Origin: the human T2T-CHM13v2.0 reference genome, Homo sapiens
NCBI RefSeq assembly: GCF_009914755.1
Contig: NC_060930.1
Reading direction: 5' to 3' (one strand)
Length of the DNA: 64,000 nt
Of the stretch, positions 23,571-37,214 are shown in pieces; the stretch's first letter is position 1; every line of letters begins with the position of its first letter. The translations under genes were made by a program, and so were the position numbers. The notes beneath the pieces were generated by a model. It saw nothing but the letters and a program-made list of their open reading frames with translations. It was not told where the DNA came from and searched no databases.

Positions 23571-25497
23571 ATGATAAACGGATTACTGCTATTCATGAGA
23601 GAGAAATGTTACTAAACATCTACACTCTTTCTCCATAATCTAAATTTGAAGTACTGAGTTATCAACCTTTGAACACTATCTCAGACCAGGATAAGACCAG
23701 AAAATGCTAAATTCCAAAATCAATTTCATTTTGTGGAATGGTTGGATGTTTGCCAACATCACACCAAAAATAAATAAATAAGCAACGGGACCCATCTATA
23801 TGCAGCTGTATTGAAAATTGTATTCCATATGTGACAACATATTATTAAAACAGCAAAATCTTAGCTTCCATCTGCCTTTTGAGATGCACAGCGTCACTGC
23901 TTTCCCTGTAATGTTAGACTTTATTGCATTTGTCTGCAGCATATCCCATTTTAATATTTGATAAATAGATATGGAAGGAATTGTTTCAAGCTACAATCCT
24001 GTACTGTTTCAGCTGTTCATGTTCTTTCTGAAGCAAAATCTCTATCCTCAAACTAATATCTCCCTAAAAAGAAAAATCAATTTAAAATAACTGTGAAAAT
24101 GTGTTTATTTTTCTACCCTCAGGATTAAAAAGCTGAGAAATGATTAATAATAATTTGTCTAGAAAGATAATGCAGGCATTTTAGGGAGGTAGTGATTTTG
24201 CATCTTTAATTTTCATCAGTTCTAACATTTTATCATTAAAACTGCATGACTGTATGTATGTATATATATAGAGAGAGAGATAAAAGAAAATGAAAGAGGT
24301 GGTAATACCTCATATCTCTTAGGCGGTATTTTCTATGTTTCAGATTTCTACATTGTCTGACCCCATTTCAGTCAATTTTCCATAGCCTGCCTGTCTCATA
24401 TTCGCTGAGGGAACACACTAGTGCTGTGTTTATGCTAATTTTATGCTCTCTGAGTTGTGTCTGTTATTCAAAGCAGTTGAAGCAGTTATTGCCAGTAATC
24501 TTATTTCTGTGGGAGCCCCAGGGCAGACGAGGCCTCAAAATCAGGCCTGCAGACCGAGGCAAAGCCATCACAGCCTGCTGGTAAATGGCAGTTCTTTCCC
24601 TCCGAATCTGATATCAGTTACTTCGCAAACACAGTAATAAAATGAAACAAATCAGATTTTCAAGTAAATAAACCAGACTTCAGTGGAAAGCAACAATGGT
24701 CAGGGCAACAGGAGTTTAATAAGTGATACATAGGGGGAAATACAAAAGCACCATGGCTTGCTCCTCTACTCCCTTAATTTCAAAGCAAAGCCTCCCTAAC
24801 CTCCCAGCTCTGAAAAAGGAAGGTGTTTTAACCCAAAAGCAAAAAAGAGGGGGAGACGTCAAGTAAAACAAGCAGCAAAGTAGATGTTAACTTTCTCTTA
24901 TCTAAGATCAAGCAACAATACTGAAAATTCTATTACTTGCCTTTGAAGAGCATCTAGGGATGTAAAATAAAACAAAAGATTCACGAAGACAAATTGACTC
25001 ATCCATTCTTCTTATGACAAAAAAGTAATGCCCACTTAGAAATCTCAAGCAAATGGATACAAAGCTAACCAGTTTAGTTTCCTGATGTAGAGACATTTTT
25101 CCTACTATGACATGGGGTAACAGGGGGATTTTGATGCAGCAAAAGCAGTGACCAAGTTCTTTTTGCCAAATCAGAGAATCATGGACTTATGGGATCATTC
25201 ATTTCTGGCAAGTGCTCCTTGTTTTCCAATGTGTTCTTAATCCCAATTATTCTAAGCTGCTCTGCACTCCATCCCTCTCCACTGTATCACTCATTTGTTG
25301 GAACCAATTTTAATGTCTGACCAAAACTAAACAGTAAAATGAGAAGTGTCTAAATCTCAGTTAGCAGCATGACAGAGTTTTTCTAGAAACCAATGGCAAA
25401 TATCTTTCATAAATTTGGATCCAGTGCTATGTTGATAAACTGATATTTGTTCTCTTTAATCTGTAGCGCCTTGCCCCAGTCCTTCCCAGCAGCAGGA

Positions 25498-26110
25498 CTC
25501 ATTCATTCAACAGAATGCTCATTCATTCAGCATACTTTAGTATCTATTTTATGCCAAGCACTGTAGTCAGAGCAGGAAATATAGACTCAGATTCCAGCAG
25601 AGACAGAATTACACAGTATTAGAACCATATTTATTCATCCAACTGCTATGAGTAAGGGGTGTAGAAGACACTGTAGAGACACAGAGACCTACTGATGGTT
25701 AGAGATAGGCTTTTTGAGAAGGTGACTTCTGAGTTGAATTTTGTAAAAAAGAATAGAAATTTACAAGTCAGGAAAGCATTTACTAGGTAGAGGACTGAGA
25801 GAGTGCATTTGTAGAGTATTAAGATCAGTATGAATGGGACAGGGTTTGAAGAAGTGGCGATGAAAAAGTCTAGGAACTCAGAGTCATAAAAGACTTCAAA
25901 TGTTCCCAATACTAGTGCACTCAAGGGTTTTACACAGGGCACTAACGTGTTCAGAATCTGATTTTATAAAGACCATTTTTTCAATCAGTGTGGAAGATAG
26001 AAAATAGAGGCTTTTGCTAGAAATAGAGAGGCTAGTGGTGAAGAAAAAGGGAAGGATAAGACTTACAGTAGAATCTGAGGAAAGAGGCAAAAGAGATGAG
26101 ACATTTACAG
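25498..26110 (-). mobile_element. L2 fragment
   Basis: ctcattcattcaaca...tatgccaagcactgt...gaaggtgacttctgagttga. Confidence 0.65.
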
Positions 26111-26987
26111 TGAAGATGTCTACCTCAACATGGCACACTGAGCACATGATTTTATCTCTGCTTATTCCAGAAAAAAACAGTAAGATGACAGTAAAGGAAG
26201 AGGATAATTGAGGCCCCCACATAAATAAAAAGATTAGAAAAGGAGAATACCACAGATGAAAAATATCAAGAAAATGTTTAAATGGAAAGCACATGCATGT
26301 ATGTAACTGAATTAACAAAGAAAAGAAAGCTAAAATCTAACTTCTCTGGGGAAGCCACCTAATTCAATATCTATTGCAGAACCCCAGAAAGATTTAGGAG
26401 TTGGAGGCTTCAGTATCTCTGAAAGGTTAAGTGTAACACTTAGTTGAAAATAAAGAGGATAGGTTGTTAGTTTGTAAGGAAGTATTTAGAACCTTAGACC
26501 CATTTCCCAATCTCAATAGAAGAAAGAAAGTTTATTCCTCCACTGAGGTTAAATTACAAAAGTTTGGATTTAGGCATACAAGTGGGTAAAATTAAAAGCT
26601 GTATCCCAGATGCTGAGAATTTCTTAGTGTTCTTTCCCTGTTCAGCTTTCAGAACAATAGCAGATATGCTTACAAATCCCAGGCAAAGATCAGTAGTACT
26701 TTTTTAGAGAAACATATCCCATTCAAAAGAGAAAACTGACAGACACTAATATAGTAGGACCTCTAATGTAATAGTCAAATCCTAGACCAATCAACATACA
26801 GTGAGCCACACTAAACTCACCCATGCACACAGGGCTTCCAATCACCTTTTTCGTGCCTTATTCGAAATCTAAATACACAGCCAGAGATTACCAGCATTTT
26901 AAGAAAGATCTCCAACATATCAAAACAAACCAAAAATAAACAAATGGAACATGAAAAAAGAGAATTAAACCAAAACATGTGTAATAT

Positions 26988-27012
26988 GCATGTGTGTCTG
27001 TGTGTGTGTCTC

Positions 27013-27043
<31 letters not shown>
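26988..27043. repeat. Interrupted (TG)n microsatellite
   Basis: Seen directly. Confidence 0.9.
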
Positions 27044-27118
27044 ATCTTAGTATCCTAGAAGAACTAAGAGAAAAGATACTGCTTTCATAAAACAAGGACA
27101 GGATAAGTAAGGAACATT

Positions 27119-27459
<341 letters not shown>

Positions 27460-27937
27460 AGTAAGGAACATTCTAAGAATACAAAAGTGTTCTCATAAAC
27501 TAAAAATATATTTTAAAAAAAGAAAAACAAAAAATAGAAAAGTTTAATGGTAGAATGAAAGAAATATCACAAAAGGCAAAGAAAGAAAACAAAGATATGG
27601 GCTTTAAAAAAGAAGAACCAATAAAATTAGAGAATTTATATTGAATATTCAATATCTAACAAATGGAACTACCAGTAAGAGAGGACAGTGAAAACAGAGG
27701 GAAAGAAATCACAAAAGAAATAATTCAAGAAAATTTGTAAAACCTGAAATTCAAGAGTGTCATGGTTTAAAGAGTCTATTGAGTCTCCAGCATAATAAAT
27801 GAAAAAAAAAGTGCACTAATAAATATCACAGTAACATTAATGAAGTGATTTTTAAAACCTTCTGAAAAGAAACAAGTGAGAATCGGAATAGCATCAATTT
27901 CTAAATTTTAACAATGAAAGTTAGAAGGCAAGAGTTA

Positions 27938-28285
<348 letters not shown>

Positions 28286-28819
28286 CTATACCCACTAAAA
28301 TTATACACTAAGTGTGGGTGTAAAATAAATATATTTTCTGATATGTGAGCTCTTAGAAAACTGACTTTCCCATATACTCTCAGAAAGTGATGAGAAAATA
28401 TGCAAAACAAAGAATTGAACCAAGAAAGTAGAAGAGGTGGGATCCAAGAAACAGAGGTCAAACACAGGAAAGAAGAAGAGGATATCATCATTCCAAGATA
28501 ATAGTGTAGACACATTCTGAGAACCACAGCATGCAGGTCTATAGAATAACTAATTCAAACTGGAAGAAGAAGACAAAGAGTGTTACAAAGTATGATTCCA
28601 AAATAATGTGGAAATAAAATATATCTCAATGTTTGACTATAGTAAAGGTATTTTATAGTTTTATTGGAGAGTTTCGGGCTGGGTAGTGATCAAAACATAA
28701 AAAACTGAGCAAATAAAGACAACTTTAACTTTTAGATAAGTAATAGTAATACAACAAATATTTACTACAAATTAGAATAATAAAGTTGCCAGAGTGTTGG
28801 TATGAGGAAAGGAAGTAAT

Positions 28820-29070
28820 ATAATAATAGCTAACACTTAAGTTCCATTCAAGTGCTTATTATGTGCCAAGCACTCTGTTACATACTTCATTTGAATTACT
28901 TTATTTAATCCTCACAGTAATTCTATAAAATGAGTACTGCTACTACTGTCCTTATTTTACAGGTAAGACAAGTAAGGTAAAACGCTTTCTCTGAATCACA
29001 ATGCTAGTGTGCATAAAAGCTGGGATTTAAATCTGACAATGTCCAGGGTAACAGATTTTGCTCCTGACCA
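28820..29070 (-). mobile_element. MIR SINE
   Basis: aataatagctaacactta...tatgtgccaagcact...ttatttaatcctcac...attttacag. Confidence 0.8.
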
Positions 29071-29564
29071 CATAATTGTAGTCCTTCCCATCCCCTTTTA
29101 CCGCCTACTCATTTCTACAGATGAGATGAGACCTGGACCCTATTTCCAATATCTTCATATCCCACATATTTGATAACATGCTTGTTCTTAGGCTGCCCAG
29201 AGTCTCCTGTTTCCATGCTCCCCACCTATCACTTGGCTCTCTTGAATATTGGATTTGTATCTGAATTGGACTCCAGTGGATTAAGCACCTTGAACTACTC
29301 TAATGAGCAGAGTTAGTACAGTTCAAATTTCTCCTTACATCTAAAGAGGAAGGTAGATTGATCTATTAGATATTTGTTTTCTTCATTTCCTTTCATTCTC
29401 TTACATATATTTACAGTTACAGAATAGATTTTTTCACTGCATAATTTAGTATAAACACATAAGTCAACTCATTTGGTTATTTGTATTTTTCTCCATGAAT
29501 AGCTTTATGACAATGGACAAGAAGATTTGAAAGTAAAACTTGAACAAATACATAGGAAAGTTTA

Positions 29565-29686
29565 GGCCGGGTGTAGTGGCTCGTACCTGTAATCCCAGCA
29601 CTTTGGGAGGCTGAGGTGTGCCTGTTGCTTGAGTCCAGGAATACAAAACCAGCCTAGGCAAAATAGCAAAACCCTACCTCTACAAA
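29565..29686 (+). mobile_element. Free left Alu monomer (FLAM-like) followed by TA/TG microsatellite
   Basis: ggccgggtgtagtggctc...ttgcttgagtccagga...ctctacaaa; no right arm. Confidence 0.85.
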
Positions 29687-29758
29687 TATATACATGTGTG
29701 ATATGTGTGTGTGTGTGTGTGCACACGTGCTCAGTTTTGGAAAATTTAGGTATCCTTC

Positions 29759-29869
29759 TAGGGTGACTAACTGTCCTAATTTGCCCAAAACTGTTGAGTT
29801 TCCTGGGATACAGGACTTCCTGTGTTAAAATTTGGAGAGTTCCAGTAAAACAAAATGATTGGTCACCTT
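29759..29869 (-). mobile_element. MER81-like hAT-Blackjack MITE
   Basis: TIRs tagggtgactaac / ttggtcacctt. Confidence 0.8.
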
Positions 29870-31139
29870 TGTCAATCTTGACTTTAGTATTTAAGGTTTG
29901 GAGCCACTAAGCTCTGAAGTGCCCTCTTTTTCTGTGGGTCTGTAAGGTTGAGCTCCTACATCTTGTCAAGAGTGAAATATTCAGGGAGATTTGGAAGAAG
30001 CAGATATGTGTAGAGGAAGGGATTTTGCTTTGAAATTTTTTAGATGGTGCTTGGAAAAACTAAAATCGTGGAGAAAACTCCTCATGTACTAGAGAAGAAA
30101 GCCCAGAGTCTAGCCTAGTCTAGTGTTAGGAAACAGAAAGTAGCCCCTGGGTGTTGAGACAACCAAAACCTTAGAGAAGCCTTGAGAATAAAGAGTATTT
30201 GCTGGTGCTGAGCTGGACTCATGATCAATGCAAGATTATATGAAGTTAATCAGACTGATGGTAGAGGACTGCTCAAATCAAATTGCCTTTACTAACTAGG
30301 ATATGGCATAGATGGACCAGATAAAATAAGAGAAATTCTGCAATGATGATGCCATCAGAGACTATTCAAAGATGAACAATGTGCATTCCAAAGTATTAGG
30401 AGGGTTGTTTGGAAAAATTTACAAGACATTTAATACTTTTTTTTGCAAAAATTTTTGTCCTTGTCACCATAAAACAAAATCTATATGTGAAGGATTTTGA
30501 ATCATACTACTAAATAATTTTATCAAAATTTGCACTCAAACATAAGTCATTCATTCATTGTTTAAACTATCACAGTTATAATATATTTTGTGATCTATAA
30601 GATAGAATATTTTCATAAAGTAATAACTGCATTGTTAATTTAGTCCCAAATCAAGTTTACTTCTGTACATCTGTTTCAGATCCTTAGTAATATTAGTCAT
30701 TTAAACCTAACAGGGTCTTAAAAATAGACATCAGCTAGACTTGAAGACATATGGTGCTAAATACTCAAATCTGGCTCTCACCACCCAAGCAAAGCTAAAT
30801 GATGAACATAGTTATTTACTGAATGCTCAATAATGCTCATTACTGCCAAATATGTTACTTTCATTACCTTAGTGAGTGGTAGACCACAAAGTAACAAAAA
30901 AAGTATGAGTTATTTGTTTGGAGGTTGGTACTATTGAATTAGTTCTCATAAAGGAGTTTATGTGTGAATGGTAAACTTTGAATAAAAGTTGTTGCCCATT
31001 AATAAGTCCTCATTTTTGAAGCAGAAGTAACAGAACTGAACTCTGAAAATAATCACAGGCTTGTGTGCTAATGTTATAAAACATTTTTAAATAGCTTATA
31101 AATTAAATGCTGCTTTTAAAGGCAATTCACTTCATTGCC

Positions 31140-33740
31140 TTTTAAAATTTATTTTTTAAATTATATAAAGTTAATCTTTTTGAGCAATTCTATGACTTTT
31201 AAGACATCTATGTATCTGTGTAACCACCCTTCACAATCAGGATACAAAATGGTTCCATCACCCTAAAAACCTCCATTTTGTTCTACCTTTATAGTCATAT
31301 CTCCCACTACCTCCAACCTCTGGCAACTATTGATCTGTTCTCTATCACTATTCTGCCTTTGGAGAATGTTATGTATGAAATCATATAGTATCATAGCTTT
31401 TAAGACTGGCTTCTCTTATTTAGTGTAATGCCTTTGAGATCCTTCCACACTGCATGCATTAATAGTTGGTTCCTTTTTATTCCTGAGTAATGTTTTGTTC
31501 TTTAGATGTACCACAGTTTGTTTGTTCTTCCATTAAAGGACATTTAACTTTTTCCAGTTTGGAGCAATTATGAGTAGAGCTGCTATTAACATTCATGAAC
31601 AGATTTTTGGGTATACATAAGCTTTCATATTTTGGGGATAAATACCCCGGAGAGAAATCACTGAATTGTATGGTAAATATGCATTTAATTTAATAAGAAA
31701 CGGCCTGTGTTTGTACATTCTCATACTGCTATAAGGAACTACCTAAGATTGGGTAATTTATGAAGAAGAAAGGTTCAGTTGGCTCACAGTTCTGCAGGCT
31801 TAACAGGAAGCTGACTGGGAGGCCTCAGTTAACTTACAATCATTGTGGAAGGTGAAGGAAAAGCAAGCATGTCTTGCCATAGCAGAGCAAGAGAAAGAGA
31901 GAGAGTGCAAGGGGGGAAGTGCCACACACTTTTAAACAGCCAGATCTCATAAGAACTCACTATCATGAGAACAGCATGATGGAAGTCCACCCCCATGATC
32001 CAATCACCTCCCACCAGCCCTCCTCTGACACATGGGGATTACAATTCAAGATGAGATTTGGGTGGGGACACAAAGCCAAACCATTCTATTCTCTTCCACC
32101 CCTGGCCCTCTCCAAATCTCATGTCATTTTCATATTTTAAAACCAATCTTCCCTTCTCAACAGTCTCCCAAAGTCTTAACTCATTCCAACATTAACTCAA
32201 AAGTCCAAGTCCAAAGTCCAAACACATCTTGAACACTTTGCTGCCTACAAATTTCTTCCACCAGATACCCTAAATCATCTCTCTCAAGTTCAAAGTTTCA
32301 CAGATCTCTAGGGCAAGGGCAAAATGCCACCAGTCTCTTTGCTAATGCACAGCATGAGTGACCTTTACTCCAGCTCCCACTAAATTTCTCATCTCCTTCT
32401 GAGATCACTTCAGCCTGGACTTCATTGCCCATATTCACTATCAACATTTTGGTCAAAACTGTTCAGCAAGTCTCTAGGAAGTTCCAAACTTTCCCACATC
32501 TTTCTGTCTTCTTCTGAGTCCTCCAAACTATTCTGTCTTCTGCCCATTACCCAGTTCCAAAATCGCTTCCACATTGTCAGGTATCTTTAAAGCAGTGCCC
32601 CCCTCCTGATACCAAATTTCTATATTAGTTTGTTCTCATACTGAAATAAGAACTACCTGAGACTGGGTAATTTATGAAGAAAGGAGGTTTAATTGACTCA
32701 CAGTTCCACAGGCTGAACAGGAAGCATGACTGGGAGGCCTCAGAAAACTTACAATTGTGGCAGAAAGCAACGGGGAAGTAAGTGCTTCTTACCATGTGGA
32801 GCAGGAGGGAGAGAGAGAGCAAGAAGGGAAGTGCCACACACTTTTAAACCTTCAGATCTCATGAGAACTCACTCACTATCATGAGAACTCACTCACTATC
32901 ATGAGAACGGCATGGGGGAAATCTGTCCCCCATGATTCAATCACCTCCCACCAGGCCTATTCTCTGACATACAGGGATTACAATTTGAGATGAGATTTGG
33001 GTGAGGACACAGAACCAAACCATATCACTGCCAAACCATTTTTATAATGGAGGAATCATTTTTTCATTCCTCCAGGAATGTATGAGGTTTTCATTTCCTC
33101 CACATATTTACTGGCACTTGGTATTATGCAAGCATTTTTTATTTTTTATCCGAAGAAATGAATAGTTGTTTCTCACAGTGATTTTAATTTGTATTTTCCT
33201 AATAGTCAATGATGCTAAACATCTTTATGTGCCTTTTCACTACCCCTTTGTCCTTTTTATTGAAGTTCAATCAAACTCTTTGCCCATTTTAAAACTAGAA
33301 GGTTTTTTTTTGCTTTAATATTATGGAGTTTTGAGAGTTCTTTATTACACACTGAATACAAGTAAGTCATTTGTTCAATATATATGACTTGAAAATATCT
33401 TTTCTCAAGCTGCAGTTTATCTTGTGAGTCTGTTAATAGAGTCTTTCACAGAGCAAATTTGTAAACTTTTGATCAAGTCCAATTTATAAATATATTCTTT
33501 TATGAATTATGCTTTTGGTGTCATAGCTAAGCAATTTTCCTCTAATCAAGGTCATGAAGATTTTTTTCAAGTTTTCTTCTAAAAGCATTATACACAGTTT
33601 TACATTTTACATTTGGCTCTGTGGTCCATTTGGTGTTACATTTTTTAAGTGGCATGAATTTCATGTCAAAGTTTACCTTATCTTAACTTATAGATGCCAG
33701 ATTATGTCAACATTATTTTTTGAAAACTCCATATTTTTTT
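31140..33740 (-). mobile_element. Old L1 (L1MB/MC-type) 3' part, split by MST; continues at 41576-42570
   Basis: Antisense 3'UTR and ORF2 motifs; aagaaa-ctgccaaac continuity across the MST. Confidence 0.8.
31706..33027 (-). mobile_element. MST(A-like) MaLR provirus: two LTRs (about 31706-32088, 32621-33027) and internally deleted int
   Basis: Both LTRs recognisable; 5-bp TSD cggcc / ctgcc; only about 530 bp internal. Confidence 0.9.
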
Positions 33741-35877
33741 AAATTTATTTTTATTGTATATATTTAAGGTGTACAACACAATGTTTTGAAATACATACAC
33801 ATAGTGAAATGGTTACTACAGTCAAGCAATTAATATATCCATCTTATCACACAGTCACCTTTTTGTGGGTGTTTGGTAAAAAGCACCAGAAATTTACTCT
33901 CTTGGCAAATTTCCAGTACAAAATACAATATTATTAACTATAGTTGCCACGTTGTACATTAGATCTCTAGATTTATTCATATCATATAACTATAACTTTA
34001 TACCCTTTGACCAGTGTCTCCCATATGTCTCCTCTCTCCATTGGTAACTACCATTCCATTCCCTATTTCTATGTGTTCAACTTTTATGGATTCCACATAT
34101 AAAGGAGATCATGCAGTGTATTTTTTGTTTGTTTGTTTGTTTGTTTGTTTTTATCTCTGGCTTGCCTCAGCATAATGTCTTCTAGGTTTATCTGTGTTGT
34201 CACAAATGGCAGAATCTCCTCTTTTTTAGGGCTGAATAATATTCTGTTGTATGTATACCACAATTTCTTTATCCATTCATCCACTGACAGACACATAAAT
34301 TGTTTATGTATCTTGGCTATTGTGAATTATGCTTCAATGATCATGGGAATGCAGATATCTCTGTGAGGTACTGGTTTCATTTCCTTTGGATATGTAACCA
34401 GAAAAGAGATTGCTAAATTATATGGTAGGTTTATTTTTATTTTGTCAAGAGAACTCCATACTATTTTCCATAATGATTTTATAAATTTACATTCCCAAGA
34501 ACAGTGTACAAAGGTTTTATTTTCTACACTCTTACTAAAATTTATCTTATTTCTCTTTGATAATAGTCATCCTCACAGGGATGAGATGATATCTCATTGT
34601 GGTTTTATCTTGTATTTCCTTGATGATTACTAATGTTGAGTACTTTTTTATATACCTGTTGTCACCCCTTTATAAACCTTTTGGTAATTTTTATGTCTTC
34701 TTTGCCAATATTTCTATCAGATTTTATTTTTTAATTTTTAATTCAGTTTGTGGGGTTTTTTTTTTTGCTATTGAGTTATGTGAGTTCCTTATATATTTTG
34801 GATATAAGGCCCTTGTCAAATATATAGACTGTGAATATTTTCTCCCAAGACATAAACTGCCTTTTCATTTTGTGGAATGTTTCCTTTGCTGTGCAAAAGC
34901 TTTTTAGGTTGAGGTAGTCCCATTTGTTTACGCTTACTATTGTGGCCTGAGCTTTTGGTGCAGTATCCAAAAAATCATTACCAAAGCCAATGCCAGGGTT
35001 CTTTCCCTTATGTTTTCTTTTAGCAGTTTTACAGTTTCAGGTCTTGCATTTAAGTCTTTAATCCATTTCGAGTTGATTTTTGTGCATTTTATAAGGGGCC
35101 AATTTCATTCTTTTGCTTGTGGATGTTCAGTTTTTCCAACACCATATATTGAAGAGACTATCCTCTTCCCATTGTGTATTCTTGGTGTCCTTGTTGAAGA
35201 TTAGTTAACTGTATATGTTTGGGCTGACTTATGGTCTTTCTATTATATTCCATTTGTCTATTTACCTGCTCTCACTCTCTCTCTCTCTTTCTCACTTTCT
35301 TTCTCTTTGTATATATATAGATATAGATATATGTTCTATTATATATATCTACATAATATATATTCTATTATATATGTATATAATATATATATTCTATTAT
35401 ATTCCATTGGTCTATTTATACCAGTATCATATTGTTTTGATTATTATTGCCATGTAATACAATTTGAAAGCAGGAAGTGTGATGTCTCCAACTTTGCTTT
35501 TCTTTCTCGAGACTGCTTTGGCTATTTGGGGTCTGGGGTCTTCTGCGGTTCCATATAAATTTAAAAATTCTTTTCTATTTCTGTGAAAAATGCCATTAGA
35601 ATTTTGATGGAGAAGGTGTTGAATCTATATATGACTTAGTAGAATGAACATTTTTATAATAATTATTCTTCTACTCCATAAATATGGCATATCTGTTTAT
35701 TTATGTCTTTTTCAATTTATTTAATTAATGTTTTATAATTTTCAGCATACAGATTTTTCACCCCCTTGGTTAAATTTATTCTAAAGTATTGTATTTTTTC
35801 CATGTTAATGTAAATGGGATTGTTTTCTTGACTTCCTTTCTGTATAGATTATAACTGATGTAAATAAATACAACTGA

Positions 35878-36216
<339 letters not shown>

Positions 36217-37024
36217 TGATTTTTGAATACTGAAACTTTATTGAATGTCTTCATTAGTTCTAACAGTTATTTTTTGGAGGATTTAGGGTTTTCTACATAT
36301 GAAATTATGTCATCTGCAAACAGAGATAATTTAATTTCTTCCTTTCCAATTTAGATTATTGTTATTTCTTTTTCTTATCTGTTTGATCGTGCTAGTACTT
36401 CTTTACTATGCTGAGTAGAAGTGGTGAGAGTGGGCAGCCTTACATTGGACCAGATCTTAGAGGAAATGATCGTAGTCTTTCCCCATTGAGTACAATGTTA
36501 GCTGTGGGCTTTTCATAACTGGCCTTCATTGTGCTGCAGACATTTACTTCTATACCTATTTGACTGAAAGTTTTTATCACGAATGGACGTTGAACTTTAT
36601 CAAATGCTTTTACTGCATATATTAAGACAATCATGTGGTTTTTATTATTCATTCTATTAACATGTTGTGCCACATTGATTGGTTTGTGTATGTTAAACTA
36701 CCCTTGCATCCCAGAGATAAATCTCACCTGGTCATGTCGTACAGCCTTTTTGATGTGTGACTGAATTCGGTTTGCTATTATTCTATTGAGGATTTTTACA
36801 TCTATGTTCACCAGAGATATTGACCTGTAGTTCGTTTTTCTTTGTTTTTTTCCCCCCATGATATATTTGTCTGGCTCTAGTATTGAGAGTGATGTTGGTC
36901 TCATACAATAAGTTGGAAGTATTACCTCTACTTCAATTTTTTTGGAAGAGTTTAAGAAGTATTGGTATTACTTATTCTTTGAATGTTTGGTAGAATTCAG
37001 TCATAAAGCCATCTGGTCCTGAGC

Positions 37025-37214
37025 TTTTCTCTTTTTCTCTTTTCTTTCTTTTTTTCTTTTTCTTTTTAGAGATGGAGTCTAACTCTATTGCCCAGGCTGA
37101 AGTGCAGTGGCATGATCATGGATTACTGCAGCCTCAAACTCCTGGGCTGAAGAGATCCTCCTGCCTTGGCTTCTCAAAGTGCTGGGATTACACGTGTGAG
37201 CCACTGCACCTGGC
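37025..37214 (-). mobile_element. Monomeric Alu (FRAM/FAM-like) within L1
   Basis: Single arm with right-arm insert and an Alu 5' end. Confidence 0.85.
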
